Of a DNA stretch of 64,000 bases, positions 39,401-50,900 are shown one piece after another. The stretch covers positions 268,070-332,069 of the forward strand of contig NMRA01000104.1 in assembly GCA_002633005.1 (NCBI GenBank), given 5' to 3'. A model generated the notes under the pieces. It saw only the letters and a program-made list of their open reading frames with translations, was not told the DNA's origin and ran no database searches. Every line of letters starts with the position of its first letter. The stretch's first letter is position 1. The position numbers and the translations under genes are program-made. This DNA is from Phoronis australis (lineage: Eukaryota; Animalia; Phoronida).

Positions 39401-42400
39401 CACAATAAAGTTCGTTCATAGCAATGACCACAGTTGACAGTCTGTACCTGACCAGGTGACCACAGAGCACTTCCTTTCTCCAGCACCAAATGAAAACCCT
39501 TTCGTGTCAGCCAGTTTATTCATCCAGGTATTAAACTTCTTCAAGCAAAGTGACAATGGTATACCTTCATCCACCTGCTCCTGACATCAAATAAGCAACA
39601 CAGAGGAACGAATCAATATTAAAGGCAATACCAATATTGCACGAAACTTTTTGCTAAACCGATGCCCTGAGAATTACAGTAATTTTTTGAAAGTTCGAAA
39701 GCATTAAAATGACTTGATTGTTTTTGGTATGTAATAGATTAATGTAGTTTAAAATTTGCATCTTAGTTATTGAATTGAGAGAAGATTTTCTTTTCAAGCA
39801 GCTGTAAATGAGCCTTAATAATATGTTAATAACTAGTGATTATAATATGTTATAACTAGAGATTATAATATGTTAATAACTAGTGATTATAATATGTTAA
39901 TAACTAGTGATTATAATATTTTGATAACTAGTGATTTATACAATTTACAACTGAAAATAAATTAGTCTCAACCTGTTCCATACTGAAATTAGAGGTGACA
40001 CTTTAGGCTTGTAAAGTACTAGGACTTTGTTAGTACTCCAGATCATACTCAGTTAGCTGGCTTGTCAGGGCAGGTCGTTTTATGAACAGAACATATCCAC
40101 AAGAACAACCACTTCATGATATGCCTAGAAATCACTTCTTATTTGAGTAAGGAGCAAGTTGAAACTTATATAATCCGTCAAATTTTTTAAACCAGAATAT
40201 AGCTAACAGCAAGCCTTACCTTCAGTTGTAAACACAGTGCATGACATTTCACAGTTTAATAACATAGTGACAATTATGTGATAAACAGCTCAATAAGAAA
40301 GGGTCATACTTGAGTTATTCCCGTCAAGTTGGTGCAGAAGTCACTCAAAGTAGGGTTGCCAACAGGCTGTACATAGTAATGAAACTCCTCCTCAATACTG
40401 CCCGTCTCTGTGTTGAGTAAGACAGCTGGAAATTCGACTGAAATGAAGAAGTTTAAAGATGAAATGTAACCAGTCAGATGACAGTGTCCTTTTGTTCAAG
40501 ATTCCACAAACCGTATTCGCTGTAATAACCGCCCAGGGCGCTTAGAAAAGTTCGTTTCGGGGGGGGGGCGCTTATTATAACCCAAGGCCATTGAAACCTG
40601 GTATCCAAAACGGGTGAAATCGGAAGCTAAGATTCATTATATTTACGCTCTTTGACGTATCTATAATCTATGAAAGACTTTCTACAAAACCGTGGTGCAT
40701 TGCTATCAAACTTTGCTGCTAAATTACGATCATTTTACAGAAAATTGTGCTGAAATCCCAGGGCAAAAACTCGCCGACTGTCTACCTCGCAATCGTCGAT
40801 ATGGCGACTTGAATGCTTGAATAAAAATACAGTTTCGACTCAAGCAAATTACCAGAAATCTTCCTTAAGTTTTCCAAGTTTGGTGTCCCTAAGAGTTTTA
40901 AATTCCCATGGAGTCGGGATCACGGCAGGTTTAAGTACAAATCTATGCTGATATCGTGCCATCTACATGTATGATCGGCAACATGAGAAAAATGTCTGGA
41001 TGAACACACATGTTGTTGTCACGTGACGTTTGTTTTGAAGTTGTCTGCGTTTGTGAGAAAGCTAGCGCGTGCGTGTCACCAGAGTTCATTTGCCAGAGCA
41101 AAGACCATCTTTTGGCCAGAGCCATGCAATCTAACGAGCTAGATGTGCATTGTATCTAAAGAAATTTGCACAAGCAGTAGGCCTAAACCAGAGCGTGTTT
41201 CATTCAGCACTTGCCGGTCTCATGTGCTAAAAATGTTCAACATTTTTCTCGGTAAGGCCATATTAGTAGCCGTGTGGCTGGATGCGTACGTGACTATCTG
41301 ACAGTTATTTTTCGGTGTAAGGGTGTGTAAAAATTCACTGTCAGTGGTTATTTTATCGGATATTTGGCTTCAAAACACCAATTATGATTAATCAAACAAT
41401 TCATTTTAAAAATAACGCAAACATTTTGTATAGTATCAGAAACTGTCGGAAATTAATGCCAATATTCATTTCTTGCCGATGCTATGCTACCCGTTTCATG
41501 AATGGATAGTTCCCGACTAATGCCTTTGATGACAGGTTCATGTATGTACAGTAGTGCGCGCTTCCTGGCCACGTGCTTTTAACACTGGCCAAGCTGTTTA
41601 TTAGTCTTCGATTCGTGGTTTTCACGTGTAGGCCTACAAAGAAATTTGGATGCCTGTTGAAAGCGGGAAATATCTACAAGGCAATCCCCTAGACAAGTAC
41701 ACTAAACTTCTGTTCTGAAAGGCCAGACCATTGGTACTCGCAATATCAGCAGAACTTTTGTGTTCGTTTTGAGGCATAGCGGAAATTTGAAGAGTATAGT
41801 CACAGTTGAATACCGACATAACCGCGAGGCTCATGGTCTACAAATTCTGCGCAAAATGATTTTTTTCAAGACTGTCGGATAGTATTGATAATTTGAAGAC
41901 GTTACTGTAGAATTTTAAGACTGTAGGTAAGGCATTTTTCGTACGTGCACGTTCATGGACTGGGCGCTTATTTTAGCAAAGTCTGAAAACGCGTGGGGGG
42001 GCGCTTATAGAGGTATGGGCAGTTATTACAGCGAATACAGTAGTATAGTTAATATTGGGAAATACTTACATCTTTTACCAGACACTGTTAGTTTTATGTC
42101 CACATTGTTAACTGTACACATTACATAAACAGTTACATACAAAACAGAGAATTCCTGGCATCCTAAAATATGCAAAAATATCCTGAAATATGGATGAAAG
42201 TTGGGAACTAGTGGTGGAAATTTTTGATTTTTTTTGCAAATCATGGAAACAATGTCACAGTTGAATCTAATTACATAATGTATAATGAATGGATGTCAGC
42301 ACAAATCACATTCTTACTGCCATCACATGGTCCAGCTAGCGAGTGCTATAAGAAAAACATCATCAGATGATTTTGCCATTACTTTCTAATAAAACAATTT

Positions 42401-44550
42401 CCTAGTGCTGTATATTTCATAGTATTTTTGTATATATTTAGAACACCCTGTACATTGTGACGTGATAGATTTTCACCATATCTTGAAAGCATATTTTGAA
42501 TGTCAAGTCAATACTAATTCCACAAATGTTGTAGAAGACATGTAGAGTAACAATCTAAACACAGAGAAATTCCAACAGTGCTTTTTAACAGTATTTCAAG
42601 GACTACTAAAAATAAGCAACTTACTGATTTCATTTGATGTATTTTGTTTCTTTTCCCAGCAAGTAGACTCAAAGTCAACAACCAACAGGTATGCAAATAC
42701 CTGTGCTGTAAAGAGACAACAAAACATGCTGTGTTGATACAATCTTGGTAAATGTAAAAACTGATCGCACAGTACATACAATTAACAGACGATTTAACAT
42801 TCTAAGACTCATACTAACAGCAGATACTAGTCACTAAGTTAGGAAATTACTACAATTATTCATGAAAGCAAAGGGCTTGCAGAACTTGCAAATGATTTCA
42901 AGTTACTCCCTTCTATAACAACTGGGCTGAAAACACGGAGTTTAGTCTACATGAACTCTATATGAAATGTCTAAGAACACGCATGCACACATGCACAAGG
43001 AAACCATGTATACAAGGGAAAGAAAGTCTAGAGCGACACAAATGGCGTGTACTTAACAGCAGTGGAAAATGACGAATAGGGACATTTGGATTGAAAGATG
43101 GATGAACCGGGCAAATGTCCGCCAAGACACCCCAGATTGGCCATAATGTGGCCTTTTTTCTAATTGAACAGAACCTGAGTATATTGCGAACTCAGTGACT
43201 GCCACTTAACCACTGCAGACCCAAAATTCTGCCAAAACAAAATCTGAAGTCGCATCATGTCACGAAATCGAGCCCCGCAGGATTTTGACATTTACCAGAT
43301 TTTTTACGCTTATTCTGCTCATTTGCTGACTTCAACCTCCGCTTTCTGACAAGTCCCAGTTCACTGAAAAGAATGAATAATATTCTGTTCAACACATTGT
43401 TACATTACTTCAATCCAACACAAGAATTTCTCCCAATCGAGAAAACAAAAGTTTCTCTTGATCTGGAGTAATTCTCCAAATTGGGGGACTGAAGATCACA
43501 AAGTTTCTAGGGAAAACACATTCAATCAGGAAAATTCAAGTTTGGGACCATTGAAAAGAGTGCAAAGAATACCAGGATTCAGGTTTATTCGTTTTGACAG
43601 GCTGATTACCTCTTTACAGCTCTTTCTAGCTGCTAAAGACAGGGTTGTAAAACAACAACATAGAAGATAATAAAATAACATTGTACAATCAAAATCAAGT
43701 AAAAATAATTAAACCTCTCTGAACTCTTTGAAATGTCCTTTTCACCATGGCGTTGACATCGACCAAATCAACTTTTCGGTACTAACAAAAGTTAATTTTC
43801 AAGTACATGAACACAAGGGATATTTAGGCATCTTCAAGTCAGTGAAATTCTCCTGATCTGGTGAAAGTCTCCCCACACAGTGAAATTCTTCCGATTTGAG
43901 AACCTAATCCTGTAGGCAATTATATTGCCTGTGGATGCCGTAGGTAACAGCCAGCCGCAGGGTGCTGTGCAGGAACTTGGAATCCTGCTTCATCTTAAGA
44001 TAAGGTTTGCGTGAACTTGGAATTGAATAATAATTACATTCATTTGAGCAATCAGGTGAATTCTTTTATTCTGTGTAAAATTTTCTGTATAATTATTGGC
44101 CTCTTGATCACCCATTTTCTCTTTTACCATTACTTGTGTCAAAGAAACAGAGGAATATGTGAATGGTTAAATCAAGTACAGTTGAAAATATTTTTAAAAT
44201 TTGCGATAATTTATTAACAAAATTTAATTTGATTTTTACTTTTAGTGCAACTTGTCAACATGAACATGATTATTTGAGCGAACTTGTCAAGTTTCCTCTT
44301 GTATTCTACGTTCACACATACGTTATGTTGAGTTTAAGTTCAAGTTCACACACAGCAGAGCTACGTGTAGGCTAAGCTACATGTTGCCTACTCATCTACT
44401 GCCTGCCTGCTCCTGCTATTCGGTGGGGTTCGTCTATTTAACATCAGAGCTGATCATTCAGTCTTCTGAGGTACTTTCCCAATTATTGTACCATTGCGCT
44501 ATCATGAAAAGTGGCCTCCTTACATACAGTGCTAGTTGCTTCGTAGTCAT
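35676..44550 (-). CDS. ERI2: ERI1 exoribonuclease family member 2 (DEDDh 3'-5' exonuclease plus GRF zinc finger), 9 exons, ~504 aa
   Basis: complement(join(35676..36491,36718..36800,37231..37312,38750..38850,39448..39580,40310..40437,42625..42705,43296..43363,44528..44550)), 1515 nt, phases consistent. N-terminus MTTKQLALELGLVRKR. Motifs VVDFESTCW, IIEFPAV, FCTNLTGITQ, TWSDWD, WIDLRATY, GREHSGIIDARNT. GRF finger PPMCNCGRR...GRCFYSC...CGFFKWE. An in-frame ATG 24 nt upstream (44574) is a possible alternative start. Confidence 0.93.
36718..36800 (-). CDS. ERI2: ERI2 exon 8 (GIIDARNTVKLTWKMICDGCVMQTTKSL)
   Basis: ExoIII Asp; CAG| and |GTGAGG. Confidence 0.93.
37231..37312 (-). CDS. ERI2: ERI2 exon 7 (KFYERKPNGLNGALQDLGIEFEGREHS)
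   Basis: Catalytic His motif. Confidence 0.95.
38750..38850 (-). CDS. ERI2: ERI2 exon 6 (DWDIGTCLFYECRRK...WIDLRATYR)
   Basis: ExoII Asp. Confidence 0.95.
39448..39580 (-). CDS. ERI2: ERI2 exon 5 (EQVDEGIPLSLCL...VVTWS)
   Basis: ERI-family sequence; CAG| and |GTACAG. Confidence 0.93.
39818..39937 (+). repeat. 24-nt AT-rich minisatellite, ~5 copies (ATAATATGTTAATAACTAGTGATT)
   Basis: Seen directly. Confidence 0.9.
40310..40437 (-). CDS. ERI2: ERI2 exon 4 (EFPAVLLNTETG...FCTNLTGITQ)
   Basis: ERI-family EFPAV and LTGI motifs. Confidence 0.95.
40511..42040. mobile_element. ~1.53 kb non-autonomous Tc1/mariner-superfamily-like element in ERI2 intron 3
   Basis: 25-bp TIRs CCGTATTCGCTGTAATAACCGCCCA / TGGGCAGTTATTACAGCGAATACAG, subterminal GGGCGCTTA repeats, right flank TA (left flank AA), no transposase ORF. 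Confidence 0.8.
42625..42705 (-). CDS. ERI2: ERI2 exon 3 (QVFAYLLVVDFESTCWEK...NEI)
   Basis: ExoI DxE motif. Confidence 0.95.
43296..43363 (-). CDS. ERI2: ERI2 exon 2 (ELGLVRKRRLKSANEQNKRKKS)
   Basis: Basic N-terminal segment typical of ERI2; TTTTCAG| and G|GTAAAT. Confidence 0.88.
44528..44550 (-). CDS. ERI2: ERI2 exon 1 (MTTKQLAL)
   Basis: Resembles the vertebrate ERI2 start MATKRLAR; donor |GTATGT in phase 2 fits exon 2. Confidence 0.82.
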
Positions 44551-44887
44551 CGTGTTTTCTGTACTCTTGACCATTCCTCCTTCATGAAATCTCTGTTTCT
44601 CATGTTTCTGTTTGTTTGAAAGTCGCGCTGCCAGCGGAAGCACTTCGAAAAGGGGGAATGTTGTATTTGAATAATTTTTTTCTTATATTTTTATTTATGG
44701 TTAAAAGCTTTTATATTACACTTTTTGGTGCAGTTATAGTCTTAGTGTTTTATTTTATTTTAAAAAATAATTGTTATATTTTTTTAAACAAGGATTTTAC
44801 TTTAGGATCTGGTTGAGCACAACAAACTTTCTTGACCCACTTATACATATCACGTTACAGCTCGCGAAATCTCGCAACATATCCATA
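44551..44887. promoter_or_regulatory. Putative bidirectional promoter shared by ERI2 and GGA
   Basis: Divergent start codons 337 nt apart; GCGGAAG ETS-like motif at ~44634; CTCGCGA motif at 44861; central AT-rich tract. Confidence 0.7.
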
Positions 44888-44927
44888 ATGGCCGATTTAG
44901 AGGAGGAAGCTTTAGAGACGCTTCTTC
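44888..44927 (+). CDS. GGA: GGA exon 1 (MADLEEEALETLL)
   Basis: ATAATGG start; C|GTGAGT donor. Confidence 0.88.
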
Positions 44928-47900
44928 GTGAGTAATGTACTTTTTAAGTGGTGCATGATTATGTTGCATGGGAAGCATAGAACCAGATAATTTAATGCAG
45001 TTACCTCTAATCTGTTTTGAATCCAGTTTTATGCTGTTTTACATTGAATTCGGAGAATCAAAACTGTTCACTTCCGCCTACACACAACTACACGGGCGAC
45101 ACGTCCGCCGACACCACCGCCACGACATAATCTCCAAGTGAACCTAAGTTCCAATGAAGTTCATTTCTTGAAACATGTGTCGATGTGGTGATTGTCACTG
45201 GAGTGATACACTGGGACTGGGACACCCGTCGAATGTAGTATTGCTTGTGGCACTGGTCCCTGATTCTGAGAACCAGTGACAGTGTCAGTGATGAGAAATC
45301 CCGTCATCGAAGACTGACCGAGAGTTGACACCGTCTCAACTGGCCGCAGTGTAGATAATAGTCATCCCATGGGCCCTCCATACACTGGGAGCTTTTTAGA
45401 GAATTATGCCTCACATTGATCAAACCATCTACATCACACCTTTTGTGCAAGAGAGAGGGACAACAATTACATGCTGTTGATGTCTTTAATTGTTCTGAGC
45501 TCAAACAAATACTTCCACAATCAAAATTTTTTTGAACATCCCTTTGCTCAGTTGCCCAAATCAGCAACTGGCCGTTTTGCACTGCTTGCACTAGCAGATA
45601 TGATGCCATATTGGCCCTATTCCCCTATGTGATGCAAAATTACCCTCACCAGATCCAAAAATTTCCCTCCAATGATAATAAAATTCTCCTCAGGGTTAGA
45701 ATCACTTAAGTGCAAAACATTAGTTTTGGTTACTGGAGGCACTTGGACCAGGGTAGGCATTTTACCCTTAACCAAAAAATCCCCTCTCAGAAGGTACAGG
45801 CACCTTTTCCCTCGGGTAACTGAAGTCCTGAATAGTTGCTTAGATGATTGACTTCAGTGCCAAGGGTCATGTGTTCTATTCCTGGCTGGACCTGCTGACA
45901 AAATTGGCATTAGTTGTAGAAATGTTGAACTCATGACCAGTGGTAATGACAACCTCTGCTCCATGCAGAAAATTAGAGTCCCAAATTTGAGAAATTATCT
46001 AAAGTAGTGATGCTTATAAATCGGCAGGAGACAGTCCACATGTAGTTCTTATTCACCTGTGCCCCTGGATCCCATGTTCTGTTTGACTGTCCTAGTCAAT
46101 GGCACTCTCAACTCAAGTTTCTGCAAAAAATTAACGTTCACAAAGGTCATATCACCACTTTTGACGTAATTTTACAGTGGGTTCATGAGTTAAGATGGCA
46201 AGGGTTTCTGTTGATTGTAAGTGTTCTGAGTCCTGTAGTTAGGGTTCTGTTACCATCCCAGGCCCTCTATCGTTGCCATTTGGTAAGTTTATATTTATGT
46301 GTGTTATTTTGTTTGAACTACAGCTGTGCCTGTTGCGACTATCCGTTACTTGATATGTTTTGATGCTAATGGCACAAAACAAGAGTAAAATTGTTATATA
46401 CAAAGCATATATACCAGACTTTCTGCAGACAACTTGATGAGTGTCCTTATGAAAAATCTTCAACATATTTGTGATAGGGTCTGAACCAAGTCTTTACGGA
46501 TCAAACAACCTGCTTATTGCCTTTTTTCAGCTTGTTGGTGCACATGTACTTACTTGCCATTTTGCATTGTGTTTGCAATGTGACAATCAGAAATAAATTC
46601 AAGTATTGTCTATTTAAAACATCCCCACCATCCAGTAATTGATTCAACTGGTTAGTCCTTTATGTGTCAAGCAATGATCGTCATTTGTTATACATATTCC
46701 ATATGACAAAACTTGATTGTAATTTCTCATGACAAGTTCACATCACCTCTTTGTTGTTGTTTTGGCTAAATTCTTGTGTGAATTTCAGATGAAGCCTGCA
46801 ACCCAGCTAAGCGGGAGCAGGAGAGTGAAGTGATTTCTGCCTTTTGCACTCAAGTTAACAAGGAGCTAGAAGGACCACAGATTGCCATTCGACTGATCGC
46901 TCATAAAATCCAGTCTCCACAAGAGAGAGAAGCTCTTTACACTTTAAATGTTAGTGTGAATACTATCTGAAACAATTGATTGTGTGAACTTCAAAATTGC
47001 GCTAATCAGTTTTACACCTATTTCATATAAACCAGCTTCATAGTTTAAATTTCCATGTTTGTGACTAAAAATGGAACTTTTTGTTGTAATTATTGGCTTC
47101 CGGTTATTGGATGCTTGTATTAGAGATTCCTACTTATAATTGTTTCTCATGTAAAGATGTACCATTGTTCTATTAATTGCATATTGTTATTGCAGGTCCT
47201 TGAAGCCTGTGTAAAAAACTGTGGCCGACGCTTCCACCAAGAGATTGGAAAGTTTCGGTTTCTAAACGAAATGATAAAATTAGTTTCACCAAAGGTTTGT
47301 ATTGAAATGCTTTGATTTGGTGTCATTGTGTGTCAGTAGTCTGAACGGTCAGACAAAAGTCACTTCCATTATGACGTTTATCATGTCGTTTATTATGACG
47401 CTCATTATTTGAACCACCATTGCTACATAAATGGCTGTAAGAAGTGTGTAATACTGTGAAATTGCTGATTTTTTTCCAGTATCTTGGAAACCAAACGACA
47501 GAGAAGGTTAAAATGAAAACAATACAACTGCTGTTTTCCTGGTCAACTGGATTGAAACATGAGACAAAGATAAACGAGGCCTATCAAATGCTAAAGAAAC
47601 AGGCTATCGTAAAACAGGACCCTGTCTTAACCGATGTATGTATCATCCAGGCAACTTATCGTAGGATTATTTTGTGAAGTTATGCTTAACACTTTATGTG
47701 CAGTATATTAAATTCTCTAAAATGTGTATGAGTTTTGCAATTCAAACAATTGTAGTGACTATTATTAGTCCGCATTTGAATAATTGAGAATTGGTAAACG
47801 TCGATTACTGCCCTTTTCCATTTTCATGTGTCAATAATGTTCTCTTTATAGCTGAAGTTCAATTTTGAATGAACAATATGTTGCTGCAAACATCATTTCT

Positions 47901-50900
47901 TAGCCTATCATTCAACTGTTTGTGTTTTTCAGACTTTGGAGCCTCCTCCACCTCCAAGGGAAGATACATTATTTACTGATGAAGAAAAATCTAAAGTTTG
48001 TATTTCAATGTGTTGAAATGGGTATTTCTTGTTTGACATTCATTGATTGGTGTGTAGAGAGGAATGGGGGAGAGGGGTGTAATTCCTGAACGGGAACATT
48101 TGACTTTTTGTGGTGGTAAAATTAAGTTTTCTACAAATGTTTAGCCTTTAAAATTGAAGTGTTGTTTCATTATGCTGTGCAATGGTTAGGTTTGTTGTGC
48201 TATTCATCCTTGTTAACTTCAAACAAAGTTTAGCGTGAAGCAAATGTTATATTTTGGGACAGACCATTCAGTCCGTATCTGATAACTGTAAGATGTTACT
48301 GTGACAACCTCTGTGAGATAACATATCTGACAGCGAAATCATTGTAGTGACACTCATCAGGAGTTATGGTCCAAACAAGTCTGTCTAAACAAGTCTGTGA
48401 CTTTCATTTGCTAATTTTTTGAGTTGGTGAAAATTGCCAGGTTAGGTCCAGTTTAGCTCACAAATAATTTGTTTTCATGTTGGTGTTGCTACTGTCCTTG
48501 GACAACATTGATACTTTAAAATTTGATTTTGCTCGTCAGAAATAGGTACTTCACATTTGGACATTTTCCTGAAATTTATATTAAGAATGGTGGGTCTACA
48601 AAGTTATTACCTTCATTGTCCCAAGTTACAAAACGTTGTATTCAAGGAAGAAATTTAAAAAAAGATATGCATAGCCTGGTGTTGTGATTTCTTTGAGTGA
48701 ACACGGTCATCTGTGTTGCTTTTCTGCAGCATGGGATCAATACATAGTGTTTATCTATTGTCTTTTGATTTATGTCAGGAATTTCAAGGAATTTCAGGAA
48801 TTTCTAGGTATTTTTATTTGGTGTCCTACACTTCCAATAATCCAACTCTGTGCTAGCGCCTCCTTTTGTCACGAACGAATAACTCTCTTTCTGTATAACA
48901 GTTATTATGTCAGTGTAAATTGACTAGCTCACTGTATACCTTTCACCACAACTGTTGATACAGTAACTGGACTAAAGCTCAATGTATATTTTCCATTACT
49001 ATGATTATATTGTTTACTGTGTCTAGACTTGTTGTTATCCTTCCATCATTTCAGCTGTTGGCGAGACTGTTGAAAAGTAAGCACCCTGAAGACCTACAGG
49101 CTGCCAACAGACTCATCAAGAATATGGTCAAGCAGGTTAGTCCCAGTTATCTGACTCTGGTTTACCCTTACTACTCAGCTGATCTGTAACACTTCGTATT
49201 ATGCTGATGGTGTCCTTGTTTGTGCCAGTGCTGACAACACAAAGTTATGGAGGCTATAAAGCCGCATCCTTGTTCCGCGACTGATGACCTGAACAACCCA
49301 TTCAGTGTTCGGTAAAGAATGAAATGGAATGTTTACTTGTTTTTCTAGGACGCTGAAAAACAGGAAAAAGTAAACAAACGTGTCAACGAGCTTGAGACTG
49401 TTAAAAACAATATCAAGTTACTTGAGGAGATGTTGAGCCATTATAAAAGTGACTCTTGCTCCCAGTCAGATCTAGACATTATGAAGGTGAGTAGACAGAT
49501 GTTAAGCCATTATAATAGTAACTCTTTCTCCATTTTGTATTTGCAGCTGTTGCTCAGTATTTAACATGCCATGAAAATTTAAATATTCAATAATGAGCGT
49601 TGTGTAACAAACTATGCATTTGGTATTGAACAAAGGCTACCTTGAATTATAATAAAGTATACAATTTTCATTATTGATAAAATTAAATCCTGAATTATTA
49701 AACTAAACAATATTCACTGTTGACCAAACTTAAGACTAACTAGTAAGTAATAAACTTAACAATGTTCATTACTGAACAGAGATGAAGTGCCTAAATTGCA
49801 TGCAATGTTCATTATTGAACAAAGACTAACTAACTTGAATTATAATTAGCTAATTCTGTTTAGTCTTCGTTCATTGACTTCTGTGATTGATTTTGTAGGA
49901 ATTGTTTGATTCGTTGGAAAAGCATCGACCCAAGTTATTCCGGCTAGCTAGTGATACTGATGAACAAGAGACTGAGGCAATGAGTGAGTTTTGTTGGCCA
50001 TAAACCAATAGTTTAGTTTTGTTGGACATCAACCAATAGTTAAGTTTTGTTGGACATCAACCAACAGTTTAGTTTTGTTGGTCAACCAATAATTTGGTTT
50101 TAATGATGATCAACCAGCGGTTTAGTTTTGTTGGCCACCAACCAGCAGTTTAGGTTTTGTTGGCCACCAACCAGCAGTTTAAGTTTTGTTTACCATCAAC
50201 CAACAGCTTTGTTTTGTTGGCCATCAACCAACAATTTAGTTTTGTTGGCCGTCTACCAGCAGTTTAGTTTTGTTAGCCATCAACCTACAGTTTAGTTTTG
50301 TTGGCAATCAGTTTCCAGTTTTGTTAAACTACCTTTAACTTTGAAGTATAGTTGCTACCAAGTTTAAGAGATTGTTCAACAGTCTCCGATTAGTGTAAAG
50401 CATATCCCTCATGAGCCATCAAACTCATTAGGCTGACTTCAAGCTCTCATTTTTTCACAATGAACAGATGAGTCTTTCAACTCAACCCGGATGCGTGGCT
50501 AGTCTATCGCACATATGGCTGGTAATCATTTACAGTTTAGTTGTCTGAAGCAGCACAGGTTTCAGTTTCTTGTTGAAGTAAATAACAAGGAGTGTAGTAG
50601 ACAGGAACTGAAGACAACACCTTTCAGTTGCATGTTCACCACACTCGCCGCTCAGGCTCAGAATAAAGAGAAGGTGGAAAATTTCAAATGATGTTCTTCG
50701 ATTTGAGGGATCCCAAGCATGGATTATAAAACTGAGCTAATCATCTACTAAAGTCTCTTGTTAAAGTTCTATTCCTTTCTACCTGTCTAGCTCTTGGTGA
50801 TGTGTCGTCATACATTTCAGCTGACGTTTTGCGGGCCAATGATGAAGTTACCCGAGTGATGGGACTTTACCGCACTTTGGTCGGTGATACAAAAACAGCG

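Noticed and set aside
45833-45895. tRNA-like A/B-box remnants
   Set aside because: Too degenerate to fold as a tRNA; at most an old SINE head.
49987-50325. 28-nt partly palindromic repeats resembling a CRISPR array
   Set aside because: Units are head-to-tail with no unique spacers, lie in a eukaryotic intron, and no cas genes are present.
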